Below, piece after piece: positions 43,034-55,054 of a DNA stretch of 64,000 nucleotides; positions within the stretch are counted from its first letter, which is position 1; each line of letters starts with the position of its first letter. A program made the translations under genes and the position numbers. The stretch lies in assembly GCF_009914755.1 (NCBI RefSeq), contig NC_060936.1. One strand, 5' to 3'. The notes under the pieces are model-generated. The model saw only the letters and a list, made by a program, of their open reading frames with translations. It was not told where the DNA came from and ran no database searches. Origin of the DNA: the human T2T-CHM13v2.0 reference genome, Homo sapiens.

Positions 43034-44060
43034 TTATGTTTTGGTGTGTTTTTGCAGTGGCTGGTACTGGTTTTTCCTTTTAGTATTTAATGCTTTTTTC
43101 AGGAGCTCTTGCAGGGCAGGCCTGGTGGTGACAAAATCCCTCAGCATTTGCTTGTCTGGAAAGGATTTTATTTTTCCTTTGCTTCTGAAGCTTAGTTTGG
43201 CTGGATATGAAATTCTGGGTTGAAAATTCTTTCCTTTAAGGTTGAATATTGGCCCCCCATCTCTTCTGGCTTGTAGACTTTCTTCTGAGAGGTCTGTTGT
43301 TATTCTAATGGGCTTCCCTTTGTAGGTGACCTGGCGTTTCTTTCTGGTTGCACTTAACAGTTTTTCCTTCATTTTGACGTTGGAGAATCTGATGATTATG
43401 TGTCTTAGGGTTGATCTTCTCATGGAGTGTCATCTTAATGGCATTCTCTGTATTTCCTGAATTTGCATGTTGGACTGTCTTTCTAGGTTGGGGAAGTTCT
43501 CCTGGATAATATACTGAAGTGTGTTTTCCAGCTTGATTCCATCCTCCCCATCTCCTTCTGGTTGTCCAATCAATTGTAGGTTCAGTTTTTTTATGAAGTT
43601 CCATATTTCTTGGAGGCTTTGTTCATTCCTTTTCATTCTTTTTTTCTCTATTCTTGTCCGCATGTTTTATTTCAGTAAGGTGGTCTTCAAACTCTGATAT
43701 CCTTTCTTCCGCTTTGTCAATTCTTCTGTTTTTACTTGTGTATGCATCACGAAGTACTCGTGCTGTGTTTTTCAGCTCCATCATGTAATTTATATTCCTC
43801 TCTAAACTGGATATTCTAGTTAGTAATTTCTCTAACCTTTTATCAAGGTTCTTAGCTTCTTTGCATTGGGTTAGAACATGCTCCTTTAGCTCATCATAGT
43901 TTTTTATTACCCATCTTCTGAAGCCTACTTCAGTCAATTCATCCATCTGATCCTCCATCCAGTTCTGTGCCCTTGATGGAAAGATGCTGCAATTATTTGG
44001 GGGAGAGGAGGCACTCTGGCCTTTTTGGTTTTCAGCATTTTTTCATTAATTCTTTTTCAT
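43034..44060 (-). pseudogene. L1 ORF1p remnant (frameshifted)
   Basis: ORF-track pieces 43623-43958, 43430-43663 and 43034-43423 are consecutive ORF1p segments in different frames. ATG at 44060-44058. Confidence 0.85.
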
Positions 44061-45327
44061 CTTTGTGAGTTTGTCTAGTTTTGGTATTTGAGGCTGCTGA
44101 CCTTTGGATGGGGTTTTTCTGGGGGCCTTTTTGTTTTTGTTGTTGATGCTATTTTTGTCACTTTGTCCTTGTTTGTTTTCTTTCAATAGTCAGGTCCCTC
44201 TTCCATAGGGCTGCTGCAGTTTGCCGGGGGTTCACTTCAGGCCTTATTCATCTGATTCACTCCTGTGCCTGCAGATATGATTCAAGGAGGCTGAAGAGCA
44301 GCAAAGATGGGTGCCTGCTCCTTCTTCTGGGACCTCTGCCCTTGAGGGGGACTAAGCTGATGTTAGTAGGATCGCTCCTGTATAGGGTGTGTCTGACAAC
44401 CCCGGTTGGAGGGTCTCACTCAGTTGGGTGGCACAGGAAGCAGGACCTGTTTAAGGAAGCACTTTATCCCTTGGTGGAAAGGGTGTGTTTTGCTGGGGGG
44501 AAGCCCACTTCTCTGGGCTGCCCAGAGTCTTCAGAATGACCAGGAGGAGAGGCTAAGTCTGCTGGTCCCCAGAGACTGCGGCCACCCCTCTCACTAGGGG
44601 CTCAGATCCAGGGAGCTCTGAATTCTGTCCCTGAGCCTCTGGCTGGACTTATTGGAAATCCTGTAGGAAAGCCCCACCCACTGAGGAAGGATGCCTCAGG
44701 GTTAGACCTGAAGAGGCACTCTGGCCGTATTCCACAGCAAGTGTGCTGTGCTGTGGGGCCAAGTCTTGGGACCAAGCTATCCAGTCTTCCTGGCTCCAGC
44801 AAGGGAAAAGCACAGCCTGGAGCTATGGAAATAGGTGCCGCCCTTCCCCCCGCCCAGGGAGCTTAGCATGTTAGGCATTGTAGGTCCCAGTGCTGGCTGC
44901 TGTTCCTCCCTCAAGGAGCTCAAATGGCTTAGACAGCAGGCAGCTGCAGCCAGTGCTGGTCGCCCCTCCCCCCTGGAGTTCAGTAAGCTTAAGCAGATTC
45001 CAGCTGAGAGGCTGTAAGAATCTGCACGTTCTGGGATTGGGACACTAGGCTCTGGTGGTGTGGGTTCACAAGTAGGATCTTCCGATCCGTGGGTTGCACA
45101 TTTCTGTGGAAAAAGGACAGTTTACCCAGCTGGGTATCGTGCTCACTCACCACCTCTCTTGGCTCGGGGGAGGGGGTTCCCCTTCCTTGTGTGGTTCTCA
45201 GGTTGGCTGCCGCACCACACTGTTCTTTCTTCTCTCCGTGGGTCATGCCAGCCTTCTAGTCAATTTTGATGAGAGAACCTGGATACCTTGGTTGCCAGTG
45301 AAGGATTCACATGCTTATTATGTTTTT

Positions 45328-45648
45328 ATAAGAAGCATGGCACTAGCAGCTGCATCTGGTAAAGGCCTCAGAATACTTTCAGTCATGGCAGAAGGCAAAG
45401 GGGAACCAGCATGTGCAGAGATGACATGGTAAGAGAGGAAGAAAGAGAGAGGGTGAGGAAGTACCAGGCTCTTTTTAACAACCAGCTCTTGTGGGAACTA
45501 ATTCACTCACCTCTGATGGAGGGCATTACTCTATTCCTGAGGTATCCATCCCCATGACCCAGACACCTCCCATTAAGTTCCACACTGCCACATTGGGGAT
45601 CAAATTTCAATGTAAGGTTCAGAGGGGACAAATATTCAAACCATAGCA
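45328..45648 (-). mobile_element. Partial MST (MSTB-like) MaLR LTR
   Basis: 'aagaagcatggcactagcagctgcatctggtaaaggcctcag...catggcagaaggcaaaggggaacc...cattggggatcaaatttcaa...caaaccatagca'. Left ~100 bp missing. Confidence 0.85.
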
Positions 45649-46268
45649 GTGGCTCTGATTCTGAGGTGTGGACACATGTGGAGTGGCAGTGAAGTCAGAG
45701 TCCAGAATACAGTTGTGTAGAGTGACTATAGGACCTGGAGTGTAGGTAACTCTCAGGGACTCTGACTCTGGTGTCTGAGACATGGGCACTTACAGTGGAA
45801 TCATAGAGCCAGTGGTCTGGAACATGGGTACAAGTGGAGTGGTCATGATTCTAGAGTTTGGTGGGGTTTGGGAGGTAGCATCACAATAATAATTCCTTTT
45901 TAGGGGGATCACAGCATCTCCCTCTCCAGGTTGTTCACAGTGGCAATGGCTCTTGGTGACCTCAGTGGTGAAAGTTACCAGTGTCCCTTGCAGAGAAGAT
46001 TCACGGGAAACCATGTTGGCACCTGATGCATGGCTAATACTGATAGCCCCCACCATTCTAGACATCTCTAGATATCTCAGGTGTGCCATTCTTCCCAGTG
46101 ATTTATTGTGTGATTATTCTGGGCATTTTGTTTATTTATTGTTTGTTTTGTTTCATTTTGTTGCATAGATTCTTTTGAACCTTTGAGCAATCCCAAGGAT
46201 GTTTTTCTTGCCTTTGTAGGGAAAATAAGGCTGATGTCTCCATCTCTGTCAACTTGATGACGTCACTC
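45649..46268 (-). mobile_element. 5' UTR of old L1M(A) element, probably the same copy as 35478-38473
   Basis: Ends in 'ctccatctctgtcaacttgatgacgtcactc', resembling the recalled L1M 5' terminus 'ccgccatcttgctgacgtcactc'. Confidence 0.6.
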
Positions 46269-47409
46269 CACATTAAATCTTCCTAAAGGAATTACTTACT
46301 GTTTGATTCGTAGTTCTCAGAAGCTCAAAAGTTCTAAAATAACCAAGAGTGTACACATATTTCTTGAATAAATAATTTGAGACATAATGAGACAGGTCTA
46401 ATTGTCTTGAGACTGGAAATGTGTTTAGGCTAAATTATTTTTCAAATATTTAAATGTGTTACTAGAGAAGCTAAGTAGGATGTAATTTTAAAAGCTCTTC
46501 CTTAATATGTATCCAGAGAGACAGATTGGCAGGTATCCAAAGCTATTTGGTGACTCTCATGGGGCAGAACTTGTTGCTGAGATTTCTTGATTTAAATATG
46601 AGTTGAATATGCCTTCCTCCAGGAGCATTTAGTCACTTAAAAAGAAAAACTGCCTATTTTAAAGTAACTAAAATTAAATATGATTAAATAGAGATTATTA
46701 GAATTACTTGTTATACTTTGATAAACTTAAAAGACTTTATGTTTTTCAATTATACTTGTAACCATTAGTAGTAGTATTAGTGGTCTCATTTTACATGGAG
46801 ATTAAATTGCAATTAGCTCATTTTCATGAAACCTGGGAAATGATTTGGTATATGGATATTTGAAAACTATTTGAAACATTAGGGGAAATCTTGGGCATTT
46901 TAATGGAACCAGAAATCCTTTAATGTTACATAAACCATGTACAAGTATCTCAAATTTTGAAACATGTTAGGATACCTGTTCACTATAGATATTTATTTTT
47001 AATTTTTTTCTTTAATTGAATCTCTTTCTTAATGATTGGAGAGATGCTTCAAATAGAATTGGATGACATTAGAAGTATTTTTTTTCTCCTGGTTACCATC
47101 TTAAAAGGGAAATAGAAACTGAAGAAAGGGGACTCCAGCTATAAAACCAAGGGAGCTGGCTTTATTATATTTTCCTCACTTTTAAAATATATTATTGATA
47201 TTTCAAGCATTTAGATAGTATTCAAAAACAAAATCAAAATTTGTGTTCCACTACCAGCTTAATAAATAGTACTATGTGCAATTGAAATCTTCTGTGAATT
47301 TCTTTCTGGTAATACCCTCCTCTGCTCCCCAGAAGTAACTATGATCCTGAATTTGATATTTATATACTTCTCAATGTTTTTTATAATTTCCAGTCTAGAC
47401 AAAATATAA

Positions 47410-47688
<279 letters not shown>

Positions 47689-48008
47689 AAAAAATATTAT
47701 TATACTATCTTGCTTGTTTTTACATGTTATGATTGGAATTGTGATGTATGAGTTCTTCTGTACATTTTCTTCCTCAACATTAAGCTTGTAGGCTCTATGT
47801 TGATACTTGTAGCTCTATTGTATTATTTCTGAGTGAATTTTTAAAAATGCTATTAAAGTGTGATATAACGTAATAAACATGGCTTTTTGTCATATGGAAC
47901 TCAAATTCTGTCTTATTCCTTATATCTATGTACCTTTAAGAAAGTTATTTAAATGATCTCAGCCAGCTTTAAAAAAAATCTATAGAATAAGGTAATAGCA
48001 TCTTCTTT

Positions 48009-48255
48009 TTTCTTCCAAATTTTATTTTAGAACCAGGGGCTACATGGACAGGTTTATTACAAAAGTATACTGCTTGATACTGAGGTTTGGAGTATGATTG
48101 AATCCATCACCCAGGTAATGAGCATGATACCTAACAGGTAGTTTTTCTGACTCCTACCCACTTCTCCCTGTCCCTCTTATATTCTCTGGTGTTTGTTGTT
48201 ACCATCTTTATGTCCACGTGTACCCAATGTTTAGCTCCCACTTATAATTGAGAAT
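48009..48255 (-). mobile_element. L1PA15/16-like 3' end inserted in a MIR
   Basis: 'tactgcttgatactgaggtttggagtatgattgaatccatcacccaggtaatgagcat...gtgtacccaatgtttagctcccacttataa'. TSD ATAGCATCTTCTTT (47995-48008) / ATAGCATATTCTTT (48256-48269). Confidence 0.9.
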
Positions 48256-48559
48256 ATAGCATATTCTTTATAAAGTAGTCTTGGTATAATGATGTAATGG
48301 GGGTATATATTTAAACACATATATGTATGTATGTATACACACAAACATATCCACACATATATACAATAATATATTTTAGTAACATAATAACAAATATTAA
48401 TTCTTTTCCATATTATAATTTTCTTTTCTATCTCTACTTTTTAAAATTAGTTGTGATTACTATAAATACTTTTTATATAACAGGGACTACTTGTTGGTAT
48501 TCTGGGATATAAGAATGCAAGGAAAAAAATTTGAGAAAAAACATTCTGTTATGTCTGTG

Positions 48560-50410
48560 GTTCTCAGCAGCTTGATGCAGTGAAAGAGGCCTGAGCTATG
48601 AAGTCATAAATCCTGGATGTGACTTCCAGCTCATTGGTTCACGGTTGTATGACTTGACCAAATTACTTAATTTTCTTTTAGCCTGATTTTTCATTGGCAA
48701 AATGGAAATAGATGCTACTTAACTAATAAGGGCTTTGTGATGATCAAATTAAATCAGTTTAGTAAAGTACTAAACATTTTTCCAGGCTTACTGTATATGT
48801 GTAATGCAAATTAGCAATTGTATATGCAATTGTATATGTGTAATGCAAATTTACCATCAATTTATTAATATGTCAAATATTAACAGAAGTCTTTTGTATA
48901 TGTTTACTTATCCACATTTCAGGGCTTTATTTTCCATCTTCTTTTCACTTTACACTTTCAAACCCTGAGTTATTTCATGGACTTCCATAGCTTAAGCAGT
49001 TCTGGACACTAACAAACCAATGTATTCAACTACAGACTCATTATCCAATAGATTATTGGAAATTTTATGTGCCTAACTCTTCATCTTCCTAGTTTACCTC
49101 TCCTTTGTTAAATCTAAAATTATTTTCTCATTATCTCACCATATTCTTGTAATACTTAGTACTACTACTCTAGTGTTTAAATATCTCTAAAATATTTTCC
49201 TCATCACCATATCCTTACATTTGCCTTGTTTAGTGCCTCATCACTTCTGGTGGATTAGAAATGATATTTTATTAAATGTATCCCTTGCCCCTGCTTATGG
49301 CATCCAGTCTATCATTCCCCTACAAAATCTGGCCATATTACTCTCTTGGTGAAATCTTGAAATATTTATATTTCTGCAGAATAGCATCAAACATCTTAAC
49401 AGCGTTGAAATTGTCCTATATAATCAATATTTTAACAGTTTTTAAAAGGTCTATATAAATCAGATTCTATATAATTTTGCCGTATCACCTGATAAATTGT
49501 CCATTGCATCCAAAGTTCTCATCATAGAGAAACTTGAGTTTCTCAAAGCTTATCATGTAATGTCCTCCCTCCCTAAAAATGCATGTGTTGTTCTCTTTCC
49601 TGGAAATGCCTTCAAGCCTTTTCTTCCAACACTAAGCCTTGAGAGGAAATAAATTAATGTTTCTAAAGTCCTTACTGTATCAGAAACTGTGTTAAGTAAT
49701 GTAAAGACATGGTAATAGTTGAATTTCCTAATAACTCTATGAGGTTGACAATATCTCAATTTTAGAGATGAAGAAATTGAGGCAGGATTTAAACTCTCAT
49801 TGGCTGACTCCAAAAACTGTATTGTTAACAATTGTGCCCTAAATAATTTATTTAATTCCCACAAAAACCTAAAGAAAGATAGATATTTAAGTTGATTTTT
49901 ACGCGATAAAACTGATGCTCTTGTAGTACAAATGGTGTATCCTAGTCATATAGTTAAATTCAGCAAAGCCTAAATTTAATATCAAATTTGACAAACATTA
50001 AAGCCCATATTGTTTCCATTATAAACCCCTGTGTCTTTAAATATCACCCCTTCCCTCAATGAATCATTTCCCAATGCTCCCATGGGTAAATGATAATGCC
50101 AATGTTTCTTCTGCTGATATGCCTCGCATAGTGGAATAAAATAAGAATAATTAACATTTATCTAGCAGTTATTTTACATATAGACACAGTTCTATGTGAT
50201 TTAGTTAATTATCTAATTTAAATATCTCAATGAGTATCATAGCGACCGTGTGCATTACTCTCCAACAGTGTGGTGGCCTGTTTTCCTTATGCAAGTGTGA
50301 ACACCTTGGAGGCAACAACTGACTGATACATATTTGACTTCCTAGCATCTAGTGCAATTCCTTGTGTGTAGAAGGTACACAATAAATATTTTTAATTAAA
50401 TGAATGGGCT
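48560..50410. mobile_element. Cluster of degenerate MIR and L2 fragments
   Basis: MIR + about 48560-48820 ('gtatgacttgaccaaattacttaa'), L2 + about 48950-49640, MIR - about 49650-49840 ('ctctatgaggttgac...ttttagagatgaagaaattgaggc') and L2 3' end about 50270-50410. Confidence 0.55.
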
Positions 50411-52849
50411 ATGTTAGAGAGTGTCTATGATATTGGTAGGACACAGAGAGAAAAGTAGAAAGCATGCCTTAAATCTTAGAGAACAAATAAAATCTTCTCC
50501 CACAGTACTTATCCCTTGAACTCAGGAATGCAGAATCTTTGGTAGGATGCATTCTTTTCCTAACTTGTCATGGCATTTTTTTTTTATGTTGGAGACAAAT
50601 TATGCATTTTCCAAATGACAGTAGTCAGTTAGACATCTTAATAGAGATAACAGATTTATACCCAAATTGGCTTTGATTTATACCCAAATTTTGATTTATC
50701 TTATTGACCCCATTCATATTATAGAGTTCACTCCTTATTTTACATGCACTATAAAATTCAAAATATTGGAAAGCCTCTTGATCTGCAAAGACATCACATT
50801 TGTCTAAAGTGGCCATCTCTGTTTTCCATCCATTTGGAAAGATCGTTTAAGTGTTTTTCTCAGGCATAGCCAGACTTCTGAAAAATGGAAATTGGCTCTT
50901 TATTACGACCTTGTCTTTGTTTTATGTGAGAGTACAATTGTCTACTTTTCCTCCATCATTTCCATTCAATGCTTACTTGCTGCATCTTTTCTTTGATTTC
51001 CCCAGGATTTACTATCTCCACAGTGTTCCTTGTGCCATATATTTCTCTACTTTGCTGGGTTCTAATTTTCGTCTGTTCTAGGATGATGACAATGATGATG
51101 ATAATGATGAAATGCTGATGATGATGTGTGTATGTGTGTCTTTGTGTGTTTCTCATCTCTGTCTCCATCTTTAGACAATTGAATCCTGAAACTTAACCAA
51201 GCAGATGCAAAGTTGCAGTCTTTGTTTCAGAGTTGGCTATGGAGATTTGTATGTGAGAAACGATATTGGCTTTCCTTCCACTCACTGAAGAAAGAGGGAC
51301 TAAGCTAATGCTCTTCCCAGCCACCTGGTTATGCACTGTTGAATCATGCCATTTTAGGAAACTGAAATTTCTAATTCTTACATTTGTAATTATCGTAGGT
51401 TTTGTCAATAATTTAGATTTCCTAAATTATTGTACTCTATATAACCTTGTACCTAATAAATTTCAAAATATTCAAATTTCTATTTATAAATAAAATGATC
51501 TTTTTATATGAAATTGATTCTATATATGATTAAATTGATAAAACTTCTGTGATTTTTCAAAAAGTCTGAGGCCTTTAAATCTTCTATTTAAGGAATAAAT
51601 AATATTACTCATAGAAGAGAGAAATATTATAAAACAAAGTGTATGTAGTTTACTTGAAGTTTATTAGCTTGGTGACAATACCTGCAAATATGAAAATAGA
51701 AGCTACCCGGGGCAGAACAAAACATTGTGGCACATGGAATACATAATAGACAAAGGAATTGTATGGCCAATTTCTCAGACAGCCATTTGGAATGTTTTAG
51801 CATCTTTATCAGTCAAGTGCAACTGTCTTCTCTATGGCTCAGCAGGGATTATACTTCACATGCACTTCAACATCTCTGAAGTCTGCACCTATTGTCATCA
51901 GCACCCCTACTACCTTCAAGGGCTGATATCAACTGCTATTGATTTGTTGATGAAAATGACCATGATGACACCACCAAGGGTGAACACCTCCCTACAGCAT
52001 AATTATCAATTGGCAAACTTTGGTTTAACTCTGACAGTTATCCTGTACTCTAACCCTGAGTAATGAACTTGAAGGTTTCACTTTGATTTTACAAATGATC
52101 AGGTGGAATGACATAGAAATATGAATTGTGTGTGTGTGTGCATGTATGTGAGAGAGTGTATAAAAAGAGGCTTTGGGAAGACATGACTTTAGTCATCTCA
52201 GTGACCTTAATAACATCATGTTCAGTCCACTTTTGGTGGAAAAATAAGGCTTAATTGATTTTTATATCTAAGACACTTTGAAAAATAGACAAGCATTTTA
52301 TACATATATGTATTTGCTGGTTTACATGAATCTCCCATCCTAGTATTTTTGCAAATACTGTTACGACATTTTAAAATGCTACCTTTGTTTTCCCTTGATG
52401 AATATTAGCAAAATTAAATGTACATTTTGTTTTAAAGCCTGTTTTTTTTTTTCAGGCAATGAAAACAATGCTGTGTTCTTAGAAGCTTAAATTCTAAGAG
52501 CAAGAGCTCTCAGAACCACTGACACACCCAGAGTAAAGGTGCTTATGTTCCAAAATAATTAATATTGATGAACACTTGTACCCATATTGATGATTTTTAA
52601 GAGAAACTCCTTCCACATTTTTGAAATGAAAAATTAATTATTTGTAAATTAAACTTTTCTAAAAAAGGTTATTCAAATGAGTCCTGGTAAAAATCTCCAT
52701 ATTTTATAGCCACATATTTTCTCTTTCTTTCATTTATTTATTTATTTTCTTAATTTTCATTTAGCCTTGTTGATGTTCCAGAAATGATAGCGAAAAGCCA
52801 ATTCCTTATATCTCACTTATAATGTAAAATATCAGCCTAAACTTGCAGA

Positions 52850-54210
52850 AAGTATATCTTTTGAATAAAAGACAGCAGATGCTGTAGCATTTCTGCCAAA
52901 GAAAGAGTCCAGTATAAACATTCTGCAGTATGCAAATGTCATCTCCTCTATGTGAATATTTTCCCCGAGTGGATGTTGCAGGGTTGGAGGCTTCTGCCTA
53001 TGATTTAGGTTGTAATTTTATTTGTGGAAATAAACCAATCGTGGAGCTCCAATTGTCTTGGTGGTGAGGTGATCAATAGCCCATTACTGGATAGAACAGC
53101 GACTACAGGAAGAGCATTGAAGATTTTAATGCATGAATTATGCATGCAGCGCTCATTCTTTAGTCTCCGAACAGAATGACAGGGTTTGTGAAGTCGCCTC
53201 AGATAGTTTCTTGCATTAAGTGACTGCAGTGAAATGCTTAATATTTTCAGGCATAGAAGCAGCATTGACTCGGGCCAGCCGAATTTGGAAGATGTAAATC
53301 TCCCAGCTCACAGCACGGAATGCTTTATTTGAAAGTATTGCTATGTAGACAGCCGGCTTTTCTGTCATCTAACCTGCTCTCCCCAGGTTGGCTGAAGGAT
53401 GGGAGCGGCTGTGCCTGCCTGTGAGGTCACAGCATGAAGTCCTTTTAACTTGCTTTCTGCTGCAGGAGAGAGGCGTATTGTGGTATAACTGTTGCTGTAT
53501 TTATTCAAATGGACAATTTGCAATAGATATTATACCCAGGACGACAGATAAGTCAACACATAAGGTAAGTCCAAGGTTTTTTTTATAGGTTAGGTAATTG
53601 TAAACTAGAATATGCTGAGTTAGGATAATGGTGATGCGATATTAATAAGGTTGACTCAGACCTTAGTATTGCAATGCCAGCATCAGGACTCTCAATTGTT
53701 ACGTTAAACGAGAGGTGACTTTCTATATTTGATAGTATTGGACCATAGGGTATTTTATCTTGCATGCAAAAGCTTTCCAAGAATGTACTAGAGCTCGAAT
53801 GTGTAGAAGACTGCAAACTGGGGAGGGGCAGCAGTAGAATGAGCTGAATCAATAAGTGGAAATTACCTCCTTGTGGGGAAGTTTTAGCACGGCTGTGGCA
53901 TCGCGTTGGCTCAGATTATTTCCTTAATGTCAACATTTTCAAATTCTAGTAAAAGATGTGGGTAGACACCAGAAATGCTCAATCCTTCTCCCAGAAGCAG
54001 AGGAAAGCACCGAGGTACTCAAACTCAAATACTGTGTTGCATACAAATTGAGCAGATGGAATTAAAACAATTTGGACTAGCATGTCCTTGAGGGAAGACC
54101 TTGCTGTCAAACAAACCATTTGACTTCTACCTGTGCTGGTTTGGTTTTGTTTTTCCCTCTTGTTAAGAATGCCTTACTCCAAAATGTATGGATAGATGAC
54201 GTGTTGTGAC
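52850..54210. promoter_or_regulatory. Candidate conserved enhancer/promoter (CpG-retaining, motif-rich unique DNA)
   Basis: About 20 CpGs by eye. Octamer ATGCAAAT 52930-52937, AACCAATCG 53033-53041, ATGCATGAATTATGCAT 53129-53145. No repeat similarity seen. Confidence 0.5.
53387..53564 (+). other. Candidate spliced exon (alternative acceptors 53387 or 53466), gene unknown, possibly lncRNA
   Basis: Branch/pyrimidine/AG 'tctaacctgctctccccag|G' and 'tttaacttgctttctgctgcag|G'. Consensus donor AAG|GTAAGT at 53564/53565. Confidence 0.4.
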
Positions 54211-54500
54211 ATTTACCCAAAAAAGAGTTTTATTTCTTGTTTTTTTAAAAATTACCCCTATACAATTATAGGACCCACTACATAAGATCCAAATAAAATT
54301 TACAAAAACTCTGTAAAACTGAAAAACACAGTACTATACGAGTATATTTGTCAGAAGTCATTGTTAATTAAAGTTTCTTGCTTAAATATCATGGCAAATG
54401 ATTAATTCCTGAACATTTCTTTAGGATGAGAAAACAGAATTAATAAATATAAAGCAAGAGACACTAGATAAGTAAAATTCTTTAAGGCTACTTTTCAATT

Positions 54501-54570
54501 TATATTATTAGTGAACATATATTACTAGTGAATATATATACTAGTGAATTTATATTACTAGTGAATATAT
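54501..54570 (+). repeat. Short minisatellite, about 4 copies of tatatta(c/t)tagtgaa
   Basis: Direct repeats visible at 54501-54570. Confidence 0.85.
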
Positions 54571-55043
54571 ATGCACACACATACATATATACTATAATTC
54601 ATAGTTTATAAAACATAATATATGCACTATAATATATAGGTATATCTACTTCCTCATGTATGTTTATTAATACTGTTTTTAAAAGTGTGTTTGCTAAATC
54701 ATCTATCAAGACCAAGAATAGATAAGGACAAGTATGTTTTGGGAAAAAAAAGTATCACTTTATTTTTTTTAAAAAGAAAGAAATTTAGAGTAATGATGAT
54801 AATAAGAGCACAGCATAAAATGCTACATTTTATGCATTTCAATTCTGCTACAATGTTGCTATATTATTTGGATTTCCTGTTGTCCAGGTGTTGTGCACAG
54901 AACTCCCAGCATTACAGAATGGTTTAAATCTTCAAAGCTGATCTAGTTTAGGTATAAGAGGAAACTCACACCTGAAGTTTTTCCTTAGGGAGGGGAATAA
55001 AGGAAGGAGATATTACTACCTATATATCTTAGAAGTCTCCTGA

Positions 55044-55054
55044 TGCTGAGTCAT
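55044..55054. promoter_or_regulatory. Perfect ARE/NF-E2 (CNC-small Maf) motif TGCTGAGTCAT
   Basis: Exact match to RTGACTCAGCA on the minus strand. Motif only, no functional data. Confidence 0.3.

Noticed and set aside
46258-46265. Perfect CRE TGACGTCA
   Set aside because: Appears to be part of the old L1M 5'-terminal consensus; no independent support.
51725-52063. 112-aa ORF in unique DNA
   Set aside because: Non-ATG start, no recognisable domain and no clear splice context; more likely non-coding.
54501-54570. Spaced direct repeats superficially CRISPR-like
   Set aside because: Eukaryotic minisatellite with no unique spacers and no cas genes.
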